Positions 9,888-17,896 of a DNA stretch of 34,257 nt are shown piece by piece. The stretch lies in sequence record DRR378314_1769, one strand, 5' to 3'. The notes under the pieces were generated by a model. It had not been told where the DNA came from. It was given only the letters and a program-made list of their open reading frames with translations, and did no database searches. The position numbers were made by a program, and so were the translations under genes. Position 1 is the stretch's first letter. Each line of letters begins with the position of its first letter.

Positions 9888-11066
9888 ATGAAACCAGATT
9901 TATTTCAAGCTCCAGACTACTATCAATTAGACGATTTACTAACCGAAGAACATAAATTGGTTAGAGATGCTGCTAGAGAATGGGTAAAAAGAGATGTCTC
10001 TCCAATTATTGAGGAATATGCTCAAAAAGCAGAATTTCCAAGTCAAATAATCAATGGGTTAGCAGATATTGGTGCATTTGGGCCTTATATTCCAGAAGAA
10101 TATGGTGGCGCTGGTTTAGATCAAATTTCTTATGGTTTAATTATGCAAGAAATAGAACGTGGTGATTCTGGTGTAAGATCTACAGCATCTGTACAATCTT
10201 CTTTAGTAATGTACCCTATTTGGAAATACGGAAACGAAGAACAACGTAATAAGTATTTACCAAAATTAGCTTCTGGAGAATGGATTGGTTGTTTTGGTTT
10301 AACAGAACCAAATCATGGATCTAATCCAAGCGGAATGGAAACCAAATTTAAAGATATGGGAGATCATTATCTTTTAAACGGTGCTAAAATGTGGATTTCT
10401 AATGCTCCTTTTGCTCAAGTTGCAGTAGTTTGGGCCAAGAATGAAGAAGGAAGAATTTATGGATTAATTGTTGAGCGTGGTATGGAAGGATTTTCTACTC
10501 CAGAAACACATAATAAATGGTCTTTAAGAGCAAGTGCAACAGGTGAGTTAATTTTTGATAATGTAAAAGTTCCTAAAGAAAACTTATTACCTAATAAATC
10601 TGGATTAGGAGCTCCTTTAGGTTGTTTAGATTCTGCTAGATACGGAATCGCATGGGGAGCAATTGGTGCTGCAATGGATTGTTATGATACTGCTTTACGT
10701 TATGCAAAAGAACGTACGCAATTTGGAAAGCCAATTGGGCAATTTCAATTACAACAAAAGAAACTTGCTGAAATGATTACAGAAATTACTAAGGCACAAT
10801 TATTAACTTGGCGATTAGGAGTATTGCGTAATGAAGATAGAGCTACTTCAGCTCAAATATCTATGGCTAAAAGAAATAATGTAGATATGGCTATTAATAT
10901 TGCAAGAGAAGCTAGACAAATGTTAGGCGGTATGGGAATTACAGGAGAGTATTCAATAATGCGTCATTCTATGAATTTAGAAAGCGTAATTACTTATGAA
11001 GGTACGCATGATATTCATTTATTAATTACAGGTTTAGATATTACTGGATTAAACGCTTTTAAATAA
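9888..11066 (+). CDS. gcdH: Glutaryl-CoA dehydrogenase (acyl-CoA dehydrogenase family)
   Basis: ERGDSGVRSTASVQSSLVMYPI, GCFGLTEPNHGSNP, ARYGIAWG, NLESVITYEGTHDIHLLITG are typical of the GCDH subfamily. Confidence 0.88.
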   Translation: MKPDLFQAPDYYQLDDLLTEEHKLVRDAAREWVKRDVSPIIEEYAQKAEFPSQIINGLADIGAFGPYIPEEYGGAGLDQISYGLIMQEIERGDSGVRSTASVQSSLVMYPIWKYGNEEQRNKYLPKLASGEWIGCFGLTEPNHGSNPSGMETKFKDMGDHYLLNGAKMWISNAPFAQVAVVWAKNEEGRIYGLIVERGMEGFSTPETHNKWSLRASATGELIFDNVKVPKENLLPNKSGLGAPLGCLDSARYGIAWGAIGAAMDCYDTALRYAKERTQFGKPIGQFQLQQKKLAEMITEITKAQLLTWRLGVLRNEDRATSAQISMAKRNNVDMAINIAREARQMLGGMGITGEYSIMRHSMNLESVITYEGTHDIHLLITGLDITGLNAFK

Positions 11067-11067
11067 A

Positions 11068-11244
11068 TTAAGCGATTTTTAATAAAATATTTGGGCATCT
11101 CTTACAGTTGATGCCCTTTTTTTTATATTTATTACAGCATTTACTTTTGGGAGTTATGCAGCTAGAATTACAAATATTATCACAAACTGATGTTGCAATT
11201 AATGGCTCAATTTTAGAATTGGGTTCTTTATAGAAAATAATCAT
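11068..11244 (-). CDS. Small cysteine-rich protein, 58 aa (not in ORF track), with an FhuF-like CC-x9-C-x2-C tail
   Basis: MIIFYKEPNSKIEPLIATSVCDNICNSSCITPKSKCCNKYKKKGINCKRCPNILLKIA; own -7 element TATATTTG at 11268-11261. Confidence 0.7.
   Translation of the reverse strand: MIIFYKEPNSKIEPLIATSVCDNICNSSCITPKSKCCNKYKKKGINCKRCPNILLKIA
11093..11124 (+). terminator. Intrinsic terminator for gcdH
   Basis: GGGCATC-10 nt loop-GATGCCC followed by T8. Confidence 0.7.
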
Positions 11245-11260
11245 AACCTTAATTATGATG

Positions 11261-11296
11261 CAAATATAAGTGTTTATTTAGAATAAATAAAAATAA
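11261..11296 (-). promoter_or_regulatory. -7 element plus Fur-box-like imperfect palindrome
   Basis: TATATTTG (11268-11261, minus strand); TTATTTAGAAT-A-AATAAAAATAA at 11274-11296, with 8 of 11 positions symmetric. Confidence 0.55.
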
Positions 11297-11307
11297 AATG
11301 TTTTGTT

Positions 11308-11439
11308 TTATTTACTTTTTGAACCGCTATTAACAAGTAATAATAATGCTATAACTAATCCAACACAAACCAAAGCAAATACACCAATCATAATAGTTCC
11401 GTTGGTCCAAGAAACTAGAGGTAAATTTAATCCAAACAT
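11308..11439 (-). CDS. Small single-pass membrane protein, 43 aa (not in ORF track)
   Basis: MFGLNLPLVSWTNGTIMIGVFALVCVGLVIALLLLVNSGSKSK: one clean transmembrane helix and a basic C-terminal tail. Confidence 0.7.
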   Translation of the reverse strand: MFGLNLPLVSWTNGTIMIGVFALVCVGLVIALLLLVNSGSKSK

Positions 11440-11486
11440 ATCTTATTATTTTCTGGTAAAATTAATAAGTAAAAACAAGTAAAAAC

Positions 11487-11500
11487 ATGATATTTATCAA
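11487..11500. promoter_or_regulatory. FNR/CRP-type binding site
   Basis: TTGAT-AAAT-ATCAT on the minus strand, 9/10 match to TTGAT-N4-ATCAA; lies between the Crp/Fnr gene and the 43-aa ORF. Confidence 0.55.
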
Positions 11501-11507
11501 GTTAAAA

Positions 11508-12140
11508 CTATAAATTTAATAGTTGAATTTGGTTTCGAGAAAGTTTAATAATTTTTTTCTTTTCTAATGATTTTAATAAACGAGAAACTACAACTCTAGA
11601 AGTGTGCAAATCATTTGCTATTTCTTTATGTGTTACTTGAATAACTTCATTCTTGTTTACGATTGCTTTATCTTTCAAGTATTTTAATAATCGTTCATCC
11701 ATATTTAAAAAAGCAATGGTATCAATAGCTTCTAATAATTCTTGCATTCGTTCATGATAACTTTGTAAAATAAAACTTTGCCAAGATTTATAAGTATTCA
11801 TCCACTCTCCAATTTTTTTAACCGGAATCATTAACAATTCTGTTTCCCTTTCTGCAATTGCTCTAATATTGCTTTTAGAGTTACCTAAGCAACAAGTAAT
11901 TGTCATTGCGCAGGTATCGCCTTGTTCTATAAAATACAATGCTAGTTCATCTCCATTTTCGTCTTCTCTTAGAATCTTTATCGCGCCACTAATTATAAGT
12001 GGCATAAATTTTATATCTCCACCAATATCTATAAGTTCTGTACCTTCATTTACTTTTTTATATTCTCCAATTTTTAGAATATCATTTAGCAATTCTTTTT
12101 CGAAAAGGTGTTTATAATTAAAATTAAAATCTGCTAGCAT
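11508..12140 (-). CDS. Crp/Fnr family transcriptional regulator
   Basis: cNMP-binding-like N-domain (ISGAIKI..DENGDE..LYFI..GDTC) and C-terminal HTH THKEIANDLHTSRVVVSRLLK. Confidence 0.93.
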   Translation of the reverse strand: MLADFNFNYKHLFEKELLNDILKIGEYKKVNEGTELIDIGGDIKFMPLIISGAIKILREDENGDELALYFIEQGDTCAMTITCCLGNSKSNIRAIAERETELLMIPVKKIGEWMNTYKSWQSFILQSYHERMQELLEAIDTIAFLNMDERLLKYLKDKAIVNKNEVIQVTHKEIANDLHTSRVVVSRLLKSLEKKKIIKLSRNQIQLLNL

Positions 12141-12242
12141 AATGGTATATTAAGACAATAAAATTAATAAAAGTTTGTTTGATAAGTCTTCTTTTAGAGA
12201 TGCTCTTTTTTGTATTTTTAGAATCTTAATCTTTATAACATA

Positions 12243-13436
12243 TTGAATCTTTGTAAAAATACAAATACCGAACTTTATTTTACATCTGTAAAAGATATTC
12301 CAGAAAGAATTTGGAAAGAACTAGAGTGTTCCAAAAACTTTTATTTTCATCCTGATTATTTATATTCAATTGAAAAGCACAATACTCATATAAGTCTTAA
12401 TTATATTGTTTTACTAAATAAAAGTAAAGAAGCTATTGCCCTAGGGTTAATTCAAATAATAGATTTTCCGTTAGAAAAAATTGAAAACTCTTTTAATAAA
12501 CATTTTAATAAAATTAAGTGTTTTGGAAGAAAAATAGGCGTCTTCCCAAAGTTAAAACCAATCCAATTATTGGTCTGCGGAAATATTTTTGTTAGCGGAG
12601 AACATGGTGTTTTTATTAAAGATGGTCAAAATAAACAGAAAACCTTAAATGATTTAGCAAAAGCAATATCTCATTTTGTGGGCTCTAATAAATCTCTTGC
12701 TAAAGATTCTTCAATTTTTTTAATAAAGGATTTTATCAAAGAATCATTAAAAGTTACAGATGAACTACACGAGTTAAACTATTATTCTTTTCATGTAGAA
12801 CCAAACATGGTATTACAAATAGATAATAATTGGAGTAATTTTGAAGCATATTTGGAAGCTATGAAAACTAAGTTTAGAGTAAAAGCTAAACGTGCTATGA
12901 AATTAAGTAACGACTTAGTTGTAAAAGAAGTCACCAAACATAATATAGAATCTTTTATTCCTGAAATTACTGCTCTTTATCAAAAAGTTGCTAATAATGC
13001 TGATTTTAATTTAGGAGATTTTAACTTAAAAACATGTGTTTCTTTAAAGGCTGCTTTTGGAGAAAATTACATTTTAAAAACATATTGGTATCAAAATAAA
13101 ATGGTAGGTTTTATGTCTGGTGTTATCAATAATAATTCTTTGGATGCACATTTTGTTGGTATTGATTACCTATTAAATAAGCGCTTAGCAATTTATCAAA
13201 GAATGTTATATGATTATGTAAAAATAGCGTTAGATAAAAAGTTAAATACAATCAATTTAGGAAGAACAGCAAGCGAAATTAAAAGTTCTATTGGAGCTAT
13301 TCCTCAAGACTTAACCTGCTATATTCGTCATAAAAAATCAATTACCAATAAATTTTTAAAACCCTTTTTAAGCTACATCGAACCTAAGACTTTTACCCAA
13401 AAAAAACCTTTTAAAACTAAAAGTGTAACTAACTAA
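12243..13436 (+). CDS. GNAT-fold protein of the FemAB/peptidoglycan biosynthesis-recognition-like group
   Basis: W.NFEAYL.AMK.KFR, LDAHFVGIDY, INLGRTASEIKSSIGA; TTG start. Confidence 0.6.
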   Translation: MNLCKNTNTELYFTSVKDIPERIWKELECSKNFYFHPDYLYSIEKHNTHISLNYIVLLNKSKEAIALGLIQIIDFPLEKIENSFNKHFNKIKCFGRKIGVFPKLKPIQLLVCGNIFVSGEHGVFIKDGQNKQKTLNDLAKAISHFVGSNKSLAKDSSIFLIKDFIKESLKVTDELHELNYYSFHVEPNMVLQIDNNWSNFEAYLEAMKTKFRVKAKRAMKLSNDLVVKEVTKHNIESFIPEITALYQKVANNADFNLGDFNLKTCVSLKAAFGENYILKTYWYQNKMVGFMSGVINNNSLDAHFVGIDYLLNKRLAIYQRMLYDYVKIALDKKLNTINLGRTASEIKSSIGAIPQDLTCYIRHKKSITNKFLKPFLSYIEPKTFTQKKPFKTKSVTN

Positions 13437-13443
13437 AACTAAT

Positions 13444-13451
13444 TATCTTTG
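13444..13451 (+). promoter_or_regulatory. -7 element (TATCTTTG) upstream of tesB
   Basis: TAnnTTTG 20 nt before the ATG. Confidence 0.6.
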
Positions 13452-13471
13452 TTTAAAAATTACTCCATTAT

Positions 13472-14341
13472 ATGAAAACTATTGAAGGTTTAATTAATGT
13501 GTTGGACTTAAAACAAAAGTCCGAACTCGAATTTATAGGAAAAAGTAAAACAATCGGAAGTCCAAATGTTTTTGGAGGTCAAGTATTAGCCCAAGCATTA
13601 AGTGCCGCCAATAAGAGTATTTCAAATAACAGGGTTTTACATTCATTACACGCATATTTTTTAGAAGCTGGGAACTTAGATTTGCCAATTCAGTATTTGG
13701 TAAATAAAATGAGAGATGGTGGAAGTTTTTCTACCAGAAGAGTTACTGCTAAACAAGGTGATAAAACGATATTTATTTTAGCTGCATCCTTTCATAAAGA
13801 AGAATTGGGTTATGAACATCAAATTAAATTTGAAGAAGAAATAAAACAACCAGAAGACTTACTAAGCTGGGATGATATGCTTCTACAGTTCGGAGATTTT
13901 CTTCCAAAGAAAATGAAACACTTTTTAGAAATTGAAAGACCAATTGAGTTTAAACCAACATTTATTGTAAACCCTTTAGATCAAAAAGATTTACCACCGT
14001 TTTCAGATATTTGGTTTAAAATTAAAGGAACTGTAAATAGTTCAAAACTTGCTTTAAAACAACAAATACTTACTTATATATCTGATTACAATATTTTAAA
14101 TTCGACTTTATATCCTAATGCTAGCAAAGCAAATTTCGGGAATACTCAAATGGCTAGTTTAGATCATTCTATGTGGTTTTTTAGGGATTTTGAAATAAAC
14201 GATTGGATGCTTTACAAAACCGAATCTCCAAATGCTATTGGGGCACGTGGTTTTGCTAGAGGAAATATTTACACTAAAAATGGAGAATTAATTGCTTCTG
14301 TTGCTCAAGAAGGATTGATGAGACCTATAATAAAACAATAA
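13472..14341 (+). CDS. tesB: Acyl-CoA thioesterase II
   Basis: VFGGQVLAQAL, HSLHAYFL, RDGGSFSTRRV, ASLDHSMWF, ASVAQEGLMR. Confidence 0.95.
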   Translation: MKTIEGLINVLDLKQKSELEFIGKSKTIGSPNVFGGQVLAQALSAANKSISNNRVLHSLHAYFLEAGNLDLPIQYLVNKMRDGGSFSTRRVTAKQGDKTIFILAASFHKEELGYEHQIKFEEEIKQPEDLLSWDDMLLQFGDFLPKKMKHFLEIERPIEFKPTFIVNPLDQKDLPPFSDIWFKIKGTVNSSKLALKQQILTYISDYNILNSTLYPNASKANFGNTQMASLDHSMWFFRDFEINDWMLYKTESPNAIGARGFARGNIYTKNGELIASVAQEGLMRPIIKQ

Positions 14342-14342
14342 T

Positions 14343-14687
14343 ATGAACCCTTAAATATATGTATTATCAATAAACGGATTACTTCTTTTTTTAAGTCTAG
14401 TTTTTACAGCCTTTCCTCCTAAAAAAATCAACAATTTTTATGGTTATAGAACTCAAAAATCTATGTTAAATGAAGATATTTGGGAGTTTTCTAATAAAAA
14501 ATTCACTACTGCTTTAATAAAATATGCTGCAATTGGATTATTAGCTGCTATTGTACTAGCTTCTTTAGGTTCTGGTAAAATTAATTGGCAACCTATGGTA
14601 ATTATGTTGTTTTCTCTTGGAGCTGCTATTTTAAAAACAGAACAAGAAATTAAAAAGACTTTTAACGAAGAAGGAAAACGTAAATAA
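14343..14687 (+). pseudogene. SdpI/YhfL family membrane protein with an in-frame TAA at codon 4
   Basis: ATG AAC CCT TAA then an open frame IYVLSINGLLLFLSLVFTAFPPKKINNFYGYRTQKSMLNEDIW..., in frame with track ORF 14463-14687; N.FYGYRT..S....W is the SdpI signature. Confidence 0.75.
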
Positions 14688-14688
14688 A

Positions 14689-17175
14689 TTAGAAAGAAGC
14701 TTGAACTGATACTGAAAAATTTCTTCCTGGAGCAGATATTCCAGAAGCAAATTCCTTATAGTGTTCATCAAAAATATTAGAAACTATACCTTGAATAGTA
14801 AAGTTTTCATTAACTGAATACCTACCTCTTAATCCAAATGTACTCCAGCTTGGTGTACCGTAATATTTGCCTAGAGGATCTGTTGCTTTTTCATCTACAA
14901 TAGGTGTTTGAACGTGATTATCAATACCTTCAGAAATATTATATTTACTTATGTCTTTCTTGGAATTAAATCTAAAATCTGCAGTAATTTCTGTTTTGTT
15001 TTTACGATAACTTAACTCAAACCTTCCAAATAACGGTGGAATTGAAGACATTGGTTCTATAATGTTTTCTGCGGCTGATGATTCAATATAACCTTTTGAT
15101 TTTCCTTCTGTATAAGTTATAAATCCTGATGTTTTCCAATTGTGATTTAATCTTCCAAAATAATTAGCAGTAAACCCTTTAATATAAGCTCCTTTATTAT
15201 TTAAATTTACAACAACATCGGCAACTTCACCATCATAAATTACTTTATCTCCCGTTGGTCTTCTTGCGATATTATGAACTAAAAAAGTGTAGTACATATT
15301 AAAACCCAAGCTAAAAGTTCTATCATTAAAAAATTTTAAAACCCCAACTTCACCACTATAAGCATATTCTGGTGTTAATTGAACGTTAGGTAAAGTAACA
15401 ACTCCATTTTTTTCTCTTATTTTTCCAACATCATCTAAGTTTGGAGATCTAAAACCAGATGAAATTACACTATTAATTTGCCAATTTTTTGTTGGCTTAT
15501 ATACATAACCAATTGTTAAAGTAAGATCTGAGTTTTTTATTTCAATTTCATCATTTGGTAAAGAAATAAATGTTTGGTCAATCCACTTTGCATTTAACCA
15601 AGTTTTTGTTAATCTAATTCCTGTGTTTAAAGTTGATTTAGGGTTTAAATCTTGCCTATAATCTGTATAAATAGCACTACTTAAATAGCTACTACCTCCA
15701 TCTGGAAAACGAGTTTGTACAGCAAATGAACCTGAATAACCATCTATTTGACCGTTAACAATATTTAGCGTTTTCCCTTCTGAAACAGAGCTTACATCGT
15801 TATAAGTAACCTCAAAACCATAAGATAAATTTCTGTTTTTATTCTTTGTTAGTGGTACAGTAAAATCTCCGTTAAGACTATAAACATCAACATTTTCGTT
15901 TCTATAAAGTCTTCCTAAACTACCAAACTTTCTTTGAACTCTAGATTCTTTTATATTCTGATAAGCAAAAGTAAAAGTTCCTTTATCTAACCATTTTTGA
16001 GCTGGTGTAATCTGTAGTTGTGAAGATGCTAAAAACCTTTGTTGTGGCCCATAATACCATTCTGCAAACTTTAATGTATCATCTTTTAATTCTGATAGTC
16101 TATCAAACCTAGGAATATTAGAAGAAGTTGAATATTGTAAATTTACAGTTAAATCGGTTTTTGTTGAAAGTGGTACAAAGAACTTTTGTAAAACATCTGT
16201 TTGGTTATAGCCTGTATTTTTTTGAATATTAACATCTGAATTAACCGTAGGATTTGGAACAAAATTTGAACCTAAATTTTCAGAAGAATAAGGTACTAAG
16301 CCCCAATCATTAAAACCATGTGATCTTTTTTTACCCATTTTTAAATCGCCAAAAGAACTATAGGAGATACTCGTAAAAGAGGCCCATTTTTTAAAACTTA
16401 ATTCTGCTGATACATTTGTTGTTACTTCTTGGTTTACTGTTCCTATTCTTGAAAAGAATCCACTTTTAATTTCTTCTTTTTCACTAACTTTTGGGGTTTT
16501 TGTATAATAGTGAATTACTCCCCCTAAAGCATCTGATCCATATAACACAGAAGATGGCCCGAAGACTATTTCTGTTCTCTCTAATAATGAAGGAGAAATG
16601 GTAATTGAATTTTGTAAGTGTCCTTTTCTGTATATAGCATTATTCATTCTAACACCATCTACCACCAATAACACCCTATTTGACTCCATTCCTCTTAAAA
16701 CAGGACTTCCTCCACCAAACTGAGATTTCTGAACTTTAATTCCTGGTACAGATGCTAGTAAATCTGCAGATGTTTGAGGAGATTCTTTAAAAATATCATC
16801 TTTTGTAATAGCAACTGTTTGTTCTGCAATCCTTCTTGTGTTTTCTTTATTTTTAAAAACTGACAATACGATTTCATCTAATTGTGCAGTTTTTTTTAAT
16901 AAAGCTATTCTGTATTTTTTTCTTTTTAATTCTTTTTTAGTCGTTGAATAGTTTGTGTAAGAGACGTGAGAAATGATTAATACTCCTTCGTTAGGAAAGT
17001 TAGATAAATCTGCTTTTCCTTGGTCATTTGTTACTATTGATTCATTTAAGTTTTTATTGTAAATCAATGCACCTTTTACAGGGAAACCTTTTTCATCATC
17101 AACAATTGTTATTGTTTGACTAATTATGGCATTGCTAAACAACACAAAAAATAACGCTAATACTCTCTTCATCAA
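14689..17175 (-). CDS. TonB-dependent outer membrane receptor (heme/siderophore-type)
   Basis: Signal peptide, plug domain (PGI.VQ...GGGSPVLRG, VLLVVDGVR, EIVFGPSSVLYGSDALGGVI), FRSPN, C-terminal Phe. Confidence 0.92.
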   Translation of the reverse strand: MMKRVLALFFVLFSNAIISQTITIVDDEKGFPVKGALIYNKNLNESIVTNDQGKADLSNFPNEGVLIISHVSYTNYSTTKKELKRKKYRIALLKKTAQLDEIVLSVFKNKENTRRIAEQTVAITKDDIFKESPQTSADLLASVPGIKVQKSQFGGGSPVLRGMESNRVLLVVDGVRMNNAIYRKGHLQNSITISPSLLERTEIVFGPSSVLYGSDALGGVIHYYTKTPKVSEKEEIKSGFFSRIGTVNQEVTTNVSAELSFKKWASFTSISYSSFGDLKMGKKRSHGFNDWGLVPYSSENLGSNFVPNPTVNSDVNIQKNTGYNQTDVLQKFFVPLSTKTDLTVNLQYSTSSNIPRFDRLSELKDDTLKFAEWYYGPQQRFLASSQLQITPAQKWLDKGTFTFAYQNIKESRVQRKFGSLGRLYRNENVDVYSLNGDFTVPLTKNKNRNLSYGFEVTYNDVSSVSEGKTLNIVNGQIDGYSGSFAVQTRFPDGGSSYLSSAIYTDYRQDLNPKSTLNTGIRLTKTWLNAKWIDQTFISLPNDEIEIKNSDLTLTIGYVYKPTKNWQINSVISSGFRSPNLDDVGKIREKNGVVTLPNVQLTPEYAYSGEVGVLKFFNDRTFSLGFNMYYTFLVHNIARRPTGDKVIYDGEVADVVVNLNNKGAYIKGFTANYFGRLNHNWKTSGFITYTEGKSKGYIESSAAENIIEPMSSIPPLFGRFELSYRKNKTEITADFRFNSKKDISKYNISEGIDNHVQTPIVDEKATDPLGKYYGTPSWSTFGLRGRYSVNENFTIQGIVSNIFDEHYKEFASGISAPGRNFSVSVQASF

Positions 17176-17894
17176 CTAAATACTGTTTCTAAAACTTCTA
17201 AAGATTTTGGTCTTCTAAATCCGTCCAAATGTAATTCAAAATAACGAATTATAATACTTAATACTTGTTGTCTTTCTCCTTTGCTAAATTTTATTGAATC
17301 TATGATATCAAAATTTGTGCCTAAAAGCTTTTTAAACTGAAATAAATTATCGTTAGTAATACAGTCTTTTCCTAAAGATTTATTTTCAAAACATCCTTCA
17401 ATTAAATTAAAATAAGGCCTATCTGTTGCAGATACATCAGGATAAAACCCTAAATATTTCGATAAGTTTAATAAAAACAACAAATGAAAATTACTAATTT
17501 GGTTATGTGTATCTAACCAAACCATTGAGGTTTCTATAAATGAAAACAACGGAATATTTTCTTCTTCTTCTTGGATACAGCTACTCAGTACATCTGACAA
17601 GAACAATACGATTGATTGTTTAAAAATGTTGTTGTAAATATCTGAATAAGGATGTATTATATGAACCTCTTTTAAACTATTTAAATTACCTTTATTGTTA
17701 TGGTTTGCTTCAATAATAAGTTGTGTTAAAGGTTGAAAATATGCTGCTTTTAATTTTCCTTTTTTAGACTTTAAAACTCCTTTTATTAAATACGTCTTAA
17801 TACCTTCTTTTAACGTAAAACATTTTACAATTAAACTCGTGTCTCCATATTTTAGTGAAGAAAGTACAATTGCTTTTGAGGTTATTATTGCCAT
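17172..17894 (-). CDS. recO: DNA repair protein RecO
   Basis: AIVL...KYGDTSLIV..FT..EG, FQPLT, LGFYP, KSLEVL. Confidence 0.93.
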   Translation of the reverse strand: MAIITSKAIVLSSLKYGDTSLIVKCFTLKEGIKTYLIKGVLKSKKGKLKAAYFQPLTQLIIEANHNNKGNLNSLKEVHIIHPYSDIYNNIFKQSIVLFLSDVLSSCIQEEEENIPLFSFIETSMVWLDTHNQISNFHLLFLLNLSKYLGFYPDVSATDRPYFNLIEGCFENKSLGKDCITNDNLFQFKKLLGTNFDIIDSIKFSKGERQQVLSIIIRYFELHLDGFRRPKSLEVLETVFS

Positions 17895-17896
17895 TA

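Noticed and set aside
11869-12117. 82-aa ORF (+)
   Set aside because: Antisense shadow of the Crp/Fnr gene
14463-14687. 74-aa ORF as an independent gene
   Set aside because: It is the 3' part of the interrupted SdpI-family gene starting at 14343
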